A model generated the notes under the pieces. The model worked only from the letters and a program-made list of their open reading frames with translations, was not told the DNA's origin and did no database searches. A program made the position numbers and the translations under genes. Shown piece by piece: positions 35,857 through 45,780 of a DNA stretch of 64,000 nt (within the stretch, counting starts at the first letter, position 1; each line of letters starts with the position of its first letter). The DNA comes from Candidatus Bathyarchaeia archaeon (GTDB lineage Archaea; Thermoproteota; Bathyarchaeia; Bathyarchaeales; Bathycorpusculaceae), in the NCBI GenBank assembly GCA_038883655.1, contig JAVZLQ010000003.1, positions 183,099-247,098 of the forward strand, in the 5' to 3' direction.

Positions 35857-38319
35857 TTATTCTGTTTCTTCATCCCACCGGGGCGTCCATTCCCATTCAC
35901 GTTTGGGTTTTCGCTGTGGGCGCCCGAGGTTTCTCTCCTTTTGTTCCGCAAGCTGCTCAAGGATTATCTTTTGCTCTATGCTTGCAACAAGCTTTTTGGT
36001 GGCAACAACAGCGTCCGCGTTTACTGAGATGCTATCGATTCCAGCCCTTACTAGGAATTCTGTGAAGTCTGGAAGGTTTGATGGCCCTTCTCCACATATC
36101 GACACTGTGCAGCCATTAGCGTGTGCCACTTTGATTAGGTGGGCGATTATTCTTTTTACTGCCGGGTCTCTTTCGTCAAAATATCCCATCTGTCCTAAGC
36201 GTTCAGAGTCCCTGTCAATCATCAGTATGCCCTGCGTCATGTCATTTGAACCTATTGAAAAGCCATCGCAAAGTTTTGAAAACTCGTCTGCAAGTATCGC
36301 GATAGAAGGTGTCTCAGCCATGAACCAAACTTGGAAGTCTCTTGACCTTTCTAAGCCTTCTTCGCGCATAATTTCGAGGCATTTCTTGGCTTCCCATAAC
36401 GTGCGAACAACTGGAAGCATAACCCAGACGTTCTTGAGTCCCCATTCCTTTCTGCACTTGTTTATTGCTTGACATTCAAGCCTAAACGCCTTTTCGTACC
36501 ATGGGCTTATGTAGCGGCTGCAGCCTCTCCATCCAAGCATCGGATTCGCTTCGACAATTTCATATTTTTCGCCGCCCTTCAACTCCCTATACTCGTTGGT
36601 TTTGAAGTCGCTGAAGCGGACAACCACTGGACGTGGCTGTATGGCTCTCGCGACTGTGGCGATTCCTTCTGCAAGTTTGTCAACAAACTTTTGTGATTGC
36701 CCAGTTTCAACTAGGTACAGTGGATGTTCGCCTATGTAGCTGGCTAATATGAACTCTATGCGCATTAGTCCAATGCCTTCGAAGGGCAAGTCTTTGTATT
36801 CCTCGATTTTTTCTGGGACGCCCAAATTCATGTATATTTTTGTTGCAGTTACCGGCACTGAATAGACGATTCCTCCACCAGTAGAAGTAGTTGGTGAGGC
36901 AGTCGCAGTAGATGATGAAAGCTGCTCTGTCAGTGTTGGCAGGACACCTTCATAAACGACGCCGCTTCTGGCGTCCACGGTGTACTCTTTACCAGTAACC
37001 ATAAGTTTTGTGGCTTTCTCTGTTCCAACAACGCATGGTATGCCAAGCTCTCGGCTGACTATAGCTGCGTGGCATGTTACTCCGCCCTTGTCTGTTACTA
37101 TTGCGCCTGCAAGCTTCATGAATGGCACATAATCTGGATTAGTCATATCCGTTACAAGAATGTCTCCCTTTTGCATTATCTTTGCCGCTTCTTGCGGGTT
37201 CAAAACCACTTTTGCCACACCCACACCAAAACCTCTCTTTCCCGCAGCTATACCCCTAACAACGACCTTAAGCATCTCAGCAGGCTTTTCCACAACCTCT
37301 TTTTCTGGAAGCTGCGCCGCCTTCACGCTCCAAACCGTTTCAGGTCTCGACTGTACAATGAAGACGTTGTTTGGGAATGGCAGGTCGCTGTCAATTGCCC
37401 ATTCTATATCTTGGGCTTTTCCATAGTGCTGCTCTATCCGTTTTGCAAGTTCTGCCAACTTAAGTATTTCCTCGTCGTTCAGGCATGGTTGCTCCTGTTT
37501 TTCTGGAGGAACTTCAACGTGAACTGTTTTGCCAGTTTTTGGGTCACGTACGTATTGGACGATTTTCTTTGCGATGTGCTTCTCAATAACTTTTAATGTC
37601 CTTTTATCAACAATAAAGTCGTCTGGGGTCACAGCGCCAGAGACAACAGCTTCGCCTAACCCGTAGTTGCCCTCGATAACTATCTGATTTGGGTCGCCAG
37701 TAACGGGGTTTATGGTGAACATGACGCCGGCTACTTTAGAGTTAACCATTTTCTGGATGCCAACGCTTATGAAGACTTTTTCATGGGCGAAGCCTTTCTC
37801 TGAACGGTAAAAGATTGCACGTGGCGTGAAGAGACTTGACCAGCATTTCAGGGTTTTTTCCACAACCTCATCGGCGCCCCTAACATTAAGGTATGTCTCT
37901 TGTTGACCAGCGAAGGACGCATCAGGAAGATCTTCGGCTGTGGCGCTTGACCTGACGGCAACAAAAACGTCTTTCATGTTAAGCCGTCTGCACAATTCTT
38001 CGTAGGCTATTCTGATGGCGCTTTCAATTTCCTTCGGTACAGGTGTTGCCTCTATTAATTCACGAATCTTTTTTGAAGCTATCTCGTATTGTTTCGGATC
38101 ACTTGGGTTTGTAACGGTCTCTTGTATTATCTCATATATTTTTGCGGCTATTCCCGTCTCTTCGATGAAGCGCTTGTAGGCATAGGCGGTAACGGCGAAG
38201 CCTGGCGGAACTGGTATGCCTGCGCTGATCATTTCGCCTAAATTGGCGTTTTTGCCGCCTACGGATGGTACGTCTGTTTTCCTAAGGTTTTCGAACCATA
38301 TCACTAAATCTTTCTTCAT
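35857..38319 (-). CDS. ppsA: Phosphoenolpyruvate synthase
   Basis: VGGKNANLGEM, phospho-His region GGVTCHAAIVSRELGIPCVVG and the C-terminal PEP-utilizer TIM barrel (GSNDMTQ). I prefer ATG 38319 (MKKDLVIWFENL) over 38361, which would overlap rpl10e by 41 nt. Confidence 0.93.
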   Translation of the reverse strand: MKKDLVIWFENLRKTDVPSVGGKNANLGEMISAGIPVPPGFAVTAYAYKRFIEETGIAAKIYEIIQETVTNPSDPKQYEIASKKIRELIEATPVPKEIESAIRIAYEELCRRLNMKDVFVAVRSSATAEDLPDASFAGQQETYLNVRGADEVVEKTLKCWSSLFTPRAIFYRSEKGFAHEKVFISVGIQKMVNSKVAGVMFTINPVTGDPNQIVIEGNYGLGEAVVSGAVTPDDFIVDKRTLKVIEKHIAKKIVQYVRDPKTGKTVHVEVPPEKQEQPCLNDEEILKLAELAKRIEQHYGKAQDIEWAIDSDLPFPNNVFIVQSRPETVWSVKAAQLPEKEVVEKPAEMLKVVVRGIAAGKRGFGVGVAKVVLNPQEAAKIMQKGDILVTDMTNPDYVPFMKLAGAIVTDKGGVTCHAAIVSRELGIPCVVGTEKATKLMVTGKEYTVDARSGVVYEGVLPTLTEQLSSSTATASPTTSTGGGIVYSVPVTATKIYMNLGVPEKIEEYKDLPFEGIGLMRIEFILASYIGEHPLYLVETGQSQKFVDKLAEGIATVARAIQPRPVVVRFSDFKTNEYRELKGGEKYEIVEANPMLGWRGCSRYISPWYEKAFRLECQAINKCRKEWGLKNVWVMLPVVRTLWEAKKCLEIMREEGLERSRDFQVWFMAETPSIAILADEFSKLCDGFSIGSNDMTQGILMIDRDSERLGQMGYFDERDPAVKRIIAHLIKVAHANGCTVSICGEGPSNLPDFTEFLVRAGIDSISVNADAVVATKKLVASIEQKIILEQLAEQKERNLGRPQRKPKREWEWTPRWDEETE

Positions 38320-38320
38320 T

Positions 38321-38839
38321 TCAGTCAATGTTTTTCGCCTCTTCTTTCTGGGCTTTTTCAATTACTATTCTACATGGTATTGGAAGCTTTGCGCTTCCTC
38401 GCCTTAAGGCTTCTTTTGCAACTTCAAGTCCATCTGCGTTAACACAAACGGTGATTATTGTTTGTTTAGGTTCAACGCGAGCTGCAGTTCCTATGGGTTT
38501 TCCAAAGGCTCTGCGCATGCCGTCCTGAAGGCGGTCTGCATGAGCACCAAAAATCATTTTATTTTCTCTAAGTATTACGTGTGGATACGGATGAACTTGT
38601 AATCGATAATTGTCTGAAAGCTTCTCCATGAGAAGACGATTTGTAGCCACACGTGCCGCTTCAAGGGCGTTGTGGCGGATTTGGGCTTTTTCAAGTGCTA
38701 TAAGTTTGGCTTCATATTCGAATTGAGCTTTTGTATTTCCCATGGTGAATTTTGTTATTTTCGGCTGAGGGAAACCCTTTACAAACTCTCTCCTAGTGTA
38801 GGGTTGCCCCTTTACTTCTCTGTAGTTTTTTGCGCGCAT
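38321..38839 (-). CDS. rpl10e: Ribosomal protein L10e (uL16)
   Basis: YTRREFVKGFPQPKI...AARVATNRLL...RMRRAFGKPIG. 172 aa. Confidence 0.92.
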   Translation of the reverse strand: MRAKNYREVKGQPYTRREFVKGFPQPKITKFTMGNTKAQFEYEAKLIALEKAQIRHNALEAARVATNRLLMEKLSDNYRLQVHPYPHVILRENKMIFGAHADRLQDGMRRAFGKPIGTAARVEPKQTIITVCVNADGLEVAKEALRRGSAKLPIPCRIVIEKAQKEEAKNID

Positions 38840-38943
38840 ACGGTTTCCCCTTCAGCATACCAGAACCGTTGTATTTAAACGATTTGTTGATGAAATGTTT
38901 TGATTAAGGTTATGAATTTAAAATATTGTTTCTAAATTAACGA

Positions 38944-39459
38944 CTACAATTTTTTGCCTTTCAGCCATATTTTTGCAAGCTCATCATAGTTTGGAAAAAC
39001 CTTTTTCAAAATGGGGATATACATTCGTATTTCGTCATCTGTTAAATACTGAAACTGATACTCGCCCATGTACGGTGCAGGTTCACCATCCCTCGTTTCA
39101 AATTCAATGTGCATGAATGGATCTCCACGCTTAATGGTGATTGGACAACGGTCGTTGCTTAGATTTACAAGTTCTAAGGCAAGTCGCCCAACAAAACCGC
39201 TATGAACCTTTGCAGCGTTAAGGAAGGATAACCCCATTCGTCCATACTTGCTTTTCGCTGTTAAATGAGCAACGTAGTTTGGCGGGGTGAAAACTATTTC
39301 GTATGATATCAGGTTTTTGTGCTCTAGATAGTGAAGCGTTGTCTCCTCCTTCACTGTTAGTATGTAGCTGTCCCCGTCTAACAAATTGTAATCGTATGGA
39401 TAGATACACTTGTAGTTCTCAATGAGTTCCTTTAACTTGTCCTTGCCCAGTATGCACAT
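38944..39459 (-). CDS. dcd: dCTP deaminase/dUTPase-superfamily protein
   Basis: SKYGRMGLSF...VHSGFVGRLALELVNLSNDRCPITIKRGDPFMHIEF...YMGEYQFQ matches the Dcd pattern (rSs.aR.Gl...idpGf.G.itLEl.N..., Y.G.YqgQ). Confidence 0.7.
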   Translation of the reverse strand: MCILGKDKLKELIENYKCIYPYDYNLLDGDSYILTVKEETTLHYLEHKNLISYEIVFTPPNYVAHLTAKSKYGRMGLSFLNAAKVHSGFVGRLALELVNLSNDRCPITIKRGDPFMHIEFETRDGEPAPYMGEYQFQYLTDDEIRMYIPILKKVFPNYDELAKIWLKGKKL

Positions 39460-39512
39460 TTTGAAGCCTCAAATTTTCTAGCAATAGTAAAGGTTACACG
39501 TTATAAGTTTTT

Positions 39513-40133
39513 TCATACCTGCCACTCTGCGTCGAAAAGCACCACCTTTTCAAAGAACGGCAAATTAAGCTCTGCAATAATCTTTGCCTTCATCCCAACG
39601 CCCTTAAACTTTTGCATTGTCTCATCGATCCCCGAAAGGTTTGACTGCATCAAGAGCACACGACCAGAAACTTTCAAGTATCTTGGTGCATCGCAGATGA
39701 AGCGGTCAATCACTCGTCTACCATTTAACCCGCCACACCACGCATACTCAATCCAAGAGAGTTTTCCTGTGTTTCTTGTGGGCAAGTAAGGTGCATTAAA
39801 AATGATTAGATCGAAAAGCCTTTTCATCTTTAATGGCGCGAACAAGTTTCCTTGAACAAGCATTATTTTATCCGCAACCTTGTTTCGTATCGCGTTTTCT
39901 TTTGCACAACGAATAGCGTGTGGATTTATGTCAACAGCGATCACCTTGGAAGCCCTTATCGCGGCTATTATTCCTAAAATGCCGCATCCCGTGCCCATGT
40001 CAAGAACAACATCGCCATTTTTGACCTCTAAATTTTCTGCAAAAAGAAACGAATCTTCCGCGGGTTCGTAAACATTTTCATAAACATAAAAGATTTTGTT
40101 CGCGAAAAACACGGTTTTATGTTGCAAGTGCAT
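39513..40133 (-). CDS. HemK/Mtq2-like protein-glutamine N5 methyltransferase
   Basis: VLDMGTGCGILGI, AVDINPHA and FNAPYLP (an NPPY variant). 206 aa. Confidence 0.7.
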   Translation of the reverse strand: MHLQHKTVFFANKIFYVYENVYEPAEDSFLFAENLEVKNGDVVLDMGTGCGILGIIAAIRASKVIAVDINPHAIRCAKENAIRNKVADKIMLVQGNLFAPLKMKRLFDLIIFNAPYLPTRNTGKLSWIEYAWCGGLNGRRVIDRFICDAPRYLKVSGRVLLMQSNLSGIDETMQKFKGVGMKAKIIAELNLPFFEKVVLFDAEWQV

Positions 40134-40947
40134 TGGCTAATTCTCCGAAATCTTCTGGTGCAAGTTCTCTAACCCGTTTGTCAAAAAGTGCAGAGGATTC
40201 CAGAACATTTTCGAACTTGTTGGTTATTGCAAAACTTGTGCTTCTAATGAACGATGATATCACATTTCTAACTTTTCTGTTGCGGCGATTGAAAAGATAT
40301 TGCGTGAGTTTTTGGAGGAGTTTTTCATTCTTCACCGTAAAGGGATGCTGTTTTTTAGGCTTTAGCCGCACAATGACGGAGTCTACCTCTGGTTGTGGAT
40401 AAAACATCCAGCTAGGAATTTCGTCTAAAAGCTCCACTTCGGCGTTGTAATATGTTATAACTGTTAACCACCCGTATTCCTCGCTTCCGATCTTGGCGAC
40501 GAGGTGGTGAGCAAACTCTTTCTGAAGAACCAGAACTGCACATTCGAAGTTTTTGTTAAAAAGCCATGGAAGCAGTTGTGAGGAAATGTTGTATGGTGGA
40601 ACGGAAGCAACTTTATTAAATTGGGGAACTGGAACTTTGAGAATGTCGCCTTCAATAATCTCCACGTTTGTGTGCGCTTTAAGTTGTCCACGGAGAACTT
40701 TCAAAAGTTTCGAGTCGAACTCAACAGCCAACACCTTTTCGCATCTTTCAGCCAGAAATTTTGTGAGAAAACCTAGGCCAGCGCCAATGTCTAATACTGC
40801 GTCGTTTTTCGTTAAGCAGGCGTGTTCTGCAATTAATTGGAAAGTTGATTGGTTAACCATAAAATTTTGTCCAAGACGCTTTTTCGGAGTAATTCGATAC
40901 TTTCGAAGTAGAAACTTCGTTTCTTCTAAAAGGCTCATCTCAACCAT
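40117..40947 (-). CDS. rsmA: 16S rRNA (adenine-N6,N6)-dimethyltransferase KsgA/Dim1
   Basis: KKRLGQNFMVN, VLDIGAGLGFLT and VASVPPYNISS. Confidence 0.9.
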   Translation of the reverse strand: MVEMSLLEETKFLLRKYRITPKKRLGQNFMVNQSTFQLIAEHACLTKNDAVLDIGAGLGFLTKFLAERCEKVLAVEFDSKLLKVLRGQLKAHTNVEIIEGDILKVPVPQFNKVASVPPYNISSQLLPWLFNKNFECAVLVLQKEFAHHLVAKIGSEEYGWLTVITYYNAEVELLDEIPSWMFYPQPEVDSVIVRLKPKKQHPFTVKNEKLLQKLTQYLFNRRNRKVRNVISSFIRSTSFAITNKFENVLESSALFDKRVRELAPEDFGELANALAT

Positions 40948-40958
40948 TAACCACTATT

Positions 40959-41528
40959 TTACTGCGCTCTTGTGAACAACTGATATTTAGTTTCGCCCGC
41001 AAGCTCCTCCAAAATCCTCTTCGTAATCAGCTTTACAGGATTAGGCAGCTCTGTGCGCTTTTGCAAATCCTCAAAACTTTCAAAAGGCTTCTTTTCACGC
41101 TCATTTATTACTTGCCACATGTACTTTTTGCCTATGCCCGGAATAAGTTCCAAAGCATGCATTCGCGGCGTGATAGCCCGTGCCGTGTTAAAAAAGTTGA
41201 CAAACCACTTTTCCCTATTCAACACTATTCTGCTCACTACCGATGGAAGTTCCATTTTTGCCGCTGCGGTCAAATCCTCATAGCGCACACGTCCAATAAT
41301 GTAAGTTATTTCCTCCCTGGATTCCTTTCCCACGTAAACGCGGTCATGAGCCTTCAAAACAACCCCCTCTTTAACAAGCGCCTCCAAAAGGGTAAAAAAC
41401 TCCTCACCAATCAACTGAACTAGAGCTCCCGCTCTATAACCAGCCCTTCCAGTCACGCGCACTCCGGGTCTGCCATGTGGAAGGAAGTCTAGTACATAGG
41501 CGAATTCTTCGTATCTTTTCTCCATCAT
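40959..41528 (-). CDS. DUF655 family RNA/nucleotide-binding protein
   Basis: EEFAYVLDFLPHGRPG N-terminus and a C-terminal HhH-like LELIPGIGKK. It occupies the conserved position between rpoF and ksgA. Confidence 0.7.
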   Translation of the reverse strand: MMEKRYEEFAYVLDFLPHGRPGVRVTGRAGYRAGALVQLIGEEFFTLLEALVKEGVVLKAHDRVYVGKESREEITYIIGRVRYEDLTAAAKMELPSVVSRIVLNREKWFVNFFNTARAITPRMHALELIPGIGKKYMWQVINEREKKPFESFEDLQKRTELPNPVKLITKRILEELAGETKYQLFTRAQ

Positions 41529-41581
41529 AGCTGCCTTTACCCTTTTCTTAACTCTTTAAAATTATGGTATAATCGCCTATT

Positions 41582-41914
41582 TCATTTTCGATACTCGTTC
41601 AAAAGACCAATTATAGCTTCTAACTTTGAAGTTTCAATGATTTTGCGTCCTCCAGCGAGGAAAACTCTAAGTTCTTCAACGCTTTTTGGAGCGCAGTTGA
41701 CCACTTGAACAGCCTCATCCTCCTCAAGACCAAACTCGCTAACAAGCTTTTCCACAAGCTTTTCAGCTACGTCAGCGTCAATCTTCGAGAATTTAGAAAC
41801 ATAATCATATGTGCGACGTTGGAACTGGTCGAGGTTTTCTTCGCCCATGGACTCTAATATTTTCTTAACTTGCGGAATTGTAAGCTTTTTCTCGGTCACT
41901 GCACGCTTTGACAA
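41582..41914 (-). CDS. rpoF: RNA polymerase subunit F (Rpo4)
   Basis: 110-aa helical protein (LTIPQVKKILESMGEENLDQFQRRTYDYV) in the conserved L21e-RpoF-DUF655-KsgA order. Confidence 0.75.
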   Translation of the reverse strand: MSKRAVTEKKLTIPQVKKILESMGEENLDQFQRRTYDYVSKFSKIDADVAEKLVEKLVSEFGLEEDEAVQVVNCAPKSVEELRVFLAGGRKIIETSKLEAIIGLLNEYRK

Positions 41915-41917
41915 GGC

Positions 41918-42214
41918 CTAATCACCCTTGTATGGCTCTAAATGTTCGGGTCGAACAATAATTTCCTTGACAGCGTCGCCTTGCGTCACGCTTATGACGT
42001 AGCTTCGCCCTCGTTTTTCGACAACCGCACCAACTTTACCATGATAACGCCTATGCGGCATTCCTTTTTGTACGCTCGGGTCAAGTTTGATTACTACGCG
42101 GGCGCCGGGCTGGTATTCGTGCAGTAATTTGCTTATCTTTATTTTCCCCTTTTCTCTGGGTTCTTTTCTGAGGAGTTTCCGTGTTCCTGCACGATAGCCC
42201 TTTGATTTTCTCAT
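41918..42214 (-). CDS. rpl21e: Ribosomal protein L21e (eL21)
   Basis: KGYRAGTRKLLRK...GMPHRRYHGKVG. 98 aa. Confidence 0.9.
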   Translation of the reverse strand: MRKSKGYRAGTRKLLRKEPREKGKIKISKLLHEYQPGARVVIKLDPSVQKGMPHRRYHGKVGAVVEKRGRSYVISVTQGDAVKEIIVRPEHLEPYKGD

Positions 42215-42230
42215 TTTTCCACCTTTACCA

Positions 42231-43565
42231 TCAATACTTCATAATTACATTTAAAACATCAAGTTTTATAGGCTTCGCTTTGTTTTTGAGAATTTCAGAG
42301 ACGCTTGGCGTTGTTCTTCCTTCATCTCCAGTCACCAGTTCCTTAACATAGAGCCCCCCTTGGCATTTTATCTTCATCTCAATTCTTTTAGGCGACAACT
42401 TCTTTACTTTAACCTCGTATATGTACTTTTCCCGTGTTAAATCAGCCCGCCTATGCAAAACACGTATTGGCGTGCGCTGCTTAATGATGGTGTTTGCCAA
42501 CTTTTCTTCAAGCATCTTTAACTCGTCATCAGCAACATCATTCTCAAACTCCACTACGACACGGTACTCCTTTTGAGAAGCCTCGCCTTTCTTCAATTTC
42601 CGCATAACAGACTTATCCACAAACCGCAAATCAGATATCAGAATTTTCCCTTCAGCACGCTTGTTCACAGCGGCTTCCAGCTTTTTAAGGTCTATAAACC
42701 TCTTTTTGGGCTGCGCTATTTCTATCACGAACGGTCTACCCTTACCCAACATTCTAGCGTCAATGTCTTCTCTCCCAGAGGCATGGAACGACGCCTTTAC
42801 GCCACCAGTTTCTTCCAAAAATGGTTTCTCAATAAGTTCTTCAACAGATTCCGCATACATTTTACCAGTCCAATTACATTTTTCGCACCCTTTTCCCAGG
42901 CATCTTGAACACAACCATTTTGACTGTGGAATTCCTCTAACCAGTTTTTTGTAGTTTCCGGCAATGTAAAGTGGATTGATTTGGAGGCGTATATCCGCTG
43001 TTATCGGGTTTATTATAACAACAATGTCCGGTTTAGAATAATCAATGTTTTTACCAGTGAGTTCAGCAAGTTTTTTACCGTAAAGCCTTCCGAATTCGCT
43101 TCGCATGTTCTCGCCATATCTAATGTTAAATTCAGCCTTAAACTCGTCTTCCCGCTCTTCCATGTGAACTGGTAACCCAATTCCCACTAAAAAGCTACGA
43201 TATTCATAATTGTCAAGGTTTTCAGCAACTTTTTGCGCGGTGCCTTCGATTTCTTGAAATTTATTTTCGCATAAGAAACATTTTTTTGGCGAGTCCTTGC
43301 GTGGAACTCGCCTTTTTATTTTGTGAAGTATTTCTGCTGATTTTTGGAAAAACCCGTTTGTTGCAAGAACCTTTAAAATTCTTACACCTTCCCCGCTCTT
43401 TGAGAGTATCAAATCATGCGCTTTTAAAGTTAAGGCTAATTTAATAACTCTACCCCTCTCATCATTTTCCATATTATATCCTAAGAGGGCGAATTGTCTT
43501 CCTAAACAATGGTCGCATAAAGGATATTTTTGGAGCATCTCTAACGCTTTTTCCAAAAAATCCAT
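42231..43565 (-). CDS. pus10: tRNA pseudouridine synthase Pus10
   Basis: N-terminal Zn CDHCLGRQFA...CFLC, a second ribbon CSRCLGKGCEKC, and a THUMP-like plus catalytic region (ASGREDIDARMLGKGRPF). Confidence 0.85.
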   Translation of the reverse strand: MDFLEKALEMLQKYPLCDHCLGRQFALLGYNMENDERGRVIKLALTLKAHDLILSKSGEGVRILKVLATNGFFQKSAEILHKIKRRVPRKDSPKKCFLCENKFQEIEGTAQKVAENLDNYEYRSFLVGIGLPVHMEEREDEFKAEFNIRYGENMRSEFGRLYGKKLAELTGKNIDYSKPDIVVIINPITADIRLQINPLYIAGNYKKLVRGIPQSKWLCSRCLGKGCEKCNWTGKMYAESVEELIEKPFLEETGGVKASFHASGREDIDARMLGKGRPFVIEIAQPKKRFIDLKKLEAAVNKRAEGKILISDLRFVDKSVMRKLKKGEASQKEYRVVVEFENDVADDELKMLEEKLANTIIKQRTPIRVLHRRADLTREKYIYEVKVKKLSPKRIEMKIKCQGGLYVKELVTGDEGRTTPSVSEILKNKAKPIKLDVLNVIMKY

Positions 43566-43595
43566 GACAAACCCTTTTCTCGCTTAATGACTTAA

Positions 43596-44930
43596 TCACT
43601 TAAAGTCCATTGGTAAGCCTTTGCCGAAGAAGGGTAATCTCTTTTTACGCCTTAAAGTTTTCATCATGCGCCGCATCAAAGAATACTGCTTCAACAGTTC
43701 TTTTACCTCTTTTTCGCTTGTTCCAGAACCCCTGGCGACCCGTCTAATTCTTGAAGCATTGAAAATTTTCGGGTTCTCCTTCTCCTCTTTCGTCATGGAC
43801 TGAATCATGACACGCCACTTTTCAAGACGATCTTCAGCCATGTTAAGCATTTCTTCTGGTACGTCATAAGACATTCCAGGAAGCATTTTCAACAGTTTAC
43901 GGAAAGCACCCATGCCCTTAACCGCTTCGAACTGCTCGTACATATCTGTCAACGTGAATTTGCCGCTTAGAATTGCCTTTGCCTTCTTTTCTGGAACCTT
44001 AATCTCAGCCTCGCGGACTTTTTCCAGAAGAGTTTCTAGATCACCCATTCCCAAGAGTCTTCCAACAAACCTTGATGGAATGAATGGTTCTATGTCCTCT
44101 ATCTTTTCGCCAGTACTAATGAACTTGATCGGTGCGCCGGTGGCAGCAACCGCCGACAGCGCGCCCCCGCCCCTCGCGGAACCATCAAGCTTTGTTACTA
44201 AAATCGAGCCTATTGGTGTTGCTTGGTTGAAGGCTTGTGCTTGCACCATAGCTTGTTGTCCTATTGTTCCGTCAACAACAAGCATGATTTCGTCGGGTTT
44301 AATGCTCCTTTCAAGCATTATCATTTCCTTTATGAGTTCTTGCTCTTCTTTGTGCCGTCCAGCAGTGTCGATTATTATGATGTCGCGGTCGTTAAACTGC
44401 TTTAAGCCTTCAAGGGCTATTTTTACAGGATCTTTAGCGCTTGGGTTGCCATACAAGGGAACATTAATCCTATTCGCCAGTTGTTGCAGTTGGGCAAAGG
44501 CGCCTGGACGATATGTGTCCACGCAAATTAACGCTGGTTTTAAGCCCCTCTTCTGGAAGTATCTTGCGAGTTTCGCCGCGGCGGTTGTTTTGCCGGAACC
44601 TTGTATGCCAACAAGCATTATCACTTTTCTTTTGCCAGGTTCAATTTTGACTGGTGCTGGTTTTTCTCCGAGAAAGCGCGTCAATTCCTCGTATACAACT
44701 TTTATGATGTGCTCGCGTCTGGAAATGCCTGGGGGCAACTTTTCCTTCAATGCCCTTTCTTCTATTCGCCTTGAAATTTCTAGGACAAGCTTAACGTTTA
44801 CATCCGCTTGGAGAAGAGCTCTCTGCACGTCGCGGACAAGCTCTTTAACAGTAGCCTCGTCGACAACGGATGCTCTGAAAACCTTTCTTAACGCATCGTA
44901 AAGAGATGAACCCAAACGTTCTAGGGCCAT
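43596..44930 (-). CDS. srp54: Signal recognition particle protein SRP54
   Basis: GIQGSGKTT, DTAGRH and TKLDG, with a Met-rich M domain. The true start is ATG 44930 (MALERLGSSL). The 66-aa upstream extension in the ORF track has no family resemblance. Confidence 0.95.
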   Translation of the reverse strand: MALERLGSSLYDALRKVFRASVVDEATVKELVRDVQRALLQADVNVKLVLEISRRIEERALKEKLPPGISRREHIIKVVYEELTRFLGEKPAPVKIEPGKRKVIMLVGIQGSGKTTAAAKLARYFQKRGLKPALICVDTYRPGAFAQLQQLANRINVPLYGNPSAKDPVKIALEGLKQFNDRDIIIIDTAGRHKEEQELIKEMIMLERSIKPDEIMLVVDGTIGQQAMVQAQAFNQATPIGSILVTKLDGSARGGGALSAVAATGAPIKFISTGEKIEDIEPFIPSRFVGRLLGMGDLETLLEKVREAEIKVPEKKAKAILSGKFTLTDMYEQFEAVKGMGAFRKLLKMLPGMSYDVPEEMLNMAEDRLEKWRVMIQSMTKEEKENPKIFNASRIRRVARGSGTSEKEVKELLKQYSLMRRMMKTLRRKKRLPFFGKGLPMDFK

Positions 44931-45023
44931 TGTTTTCTCCAGATTAAAAGTGTTTACGTCCTTAAATATGTATTCCATAAACTTTTTACATACGTCATCC
45001 AAAAAAGACTTGGAGGAAAATGC

Positions 45024-45770
45024 TTGGAAGATGTAAAAATTGTTGAGAAGAAGGAAATTCCGTTTGGTTGCACCATGCTTTTTGGTTTTCCAGACGTTGG
45101 GCTCGTAGGCGTCATAGCAGCCTCGCACTTAATTTCTGAGCTTAACAACCTTAAAGAAATAGCGTACGTCGATTCAAAGCTTTTACCGCCACTTATAGTT
45201 TTGCATGAGGGCTTGCCACATTCGCCCATAAGAATTTTTGGAAACCACAATATCCTTTTGGCTGTTTCGGAGACAGCCATACCAGCGGACACTATTTACC
45301 CAATAATGTACGCCTTAATAGATTGGGGTAAAAGCAAAAATGTTAAAATGATGATTTCGCTCAGTGGCATACCCGTCCAAGAAAGACAAGACGTTGAGGA
45401 ACTGAAAGTTTTTGCCGCTGCATCAAACGCTGAAGTGCTAAAGATGGTTCAAGAGCAAGGCATAGAAATATTGAAAGAAGGCTATATGGTTGGTCCACAA
45501 GCAATTATGCTGCAGCGTTGCGCGAGCATAGGGGTACCAGCCATAACGCTGCTTGCCCAATGCTTCTTTAACTACCCAGACCCAGAGGCGGCTGCAGAAG
45601 TATTAAAAGGATTAACGAAGATTATCGGGTTGAAGGTGGATGTTTCAAAGCTTCTGGAGAAAGGCGAAGAAATTCGTTTGAAAGCAAGAGATGTTATGCG
45701 GCGAACTCAACAAGAACTTTCAAAAATGAAGAAGACGCAAGAGTACGACATGCCACTATACATAACCTAG
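45024..45770 (+). CDS. PAC2-family (proteasome assembly chaperone-like) protein, second paralog
   Basis: MLFGFPDVGLVGVIAASHL motif and a coiled C-terminal tail. TTG start. The first in-frame ATG would fall right at the motif. Confidence 0.6.
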   Translation: MEDVKIVEKKEIPFGCTMLFGFPDVGLVGVIAASHLISELNNLKEIAYVDSKLLPPLIVLHEGLPHSPIRIFGNHNILLAVSETAIPADTIYPIMYALIDWGKSKNVKMMISLSGIPVQERQDVEELKVFAAASNAEVLKMVQEQGIEILKEGYMVGPQAIMLQRCASIGVPAITLLAQCFFNYPDPEAAAEVLKGLTKIIGLKVDVSKLLEKGEEIRLKARDVMRRTQQELSKMKKTQEYDMPLYIT

Positions 45771-45780
45771 GGTGGGCAGG

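Noticed and set aside
35857-35935. Charged C-terminal tail of PEP synthase (..RNLGRPQRKPKREWEWTPRWDEETE), considered as a possible fused peptide or separate small gene.
   Set aside because: It is continuous with the conserved TIM-barrel domain in one frame, with no internal start or RBS. C-terminal length variation is common in this family as far as I know, so it is not distinctive enough to report.
43912-44901. A long 329-aa ORF on the plus strand. Similar long antisense ORFs occur at 35759-36472, 51698-52267, 6290-6742, 1564-1983, 9684-10163 and 18058-18549.
   Set aside because: Each lies entirely antisense to a confidently identified conserved gene (SRP54, ppsA, aminotransferase and others). 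The sequences are low-complexity and Ser/Leu/Pro/Cys-rich with no family resemblance. They are shadow ORFs.
44931-45128. N-terminal extensions of ORF-track models: SRP54 to 45128, ppsA to 38361, membrane MTase to 24401, PorA to 55764, GlyA from 59271.
   Set aside because: In each case the extension overlaps the neighbouring gene or lacks family similarity. An internal ATG sits exactly where the conserved N-terminus begins, often forming an ATGA overlap or following a GGTG-like RBS.
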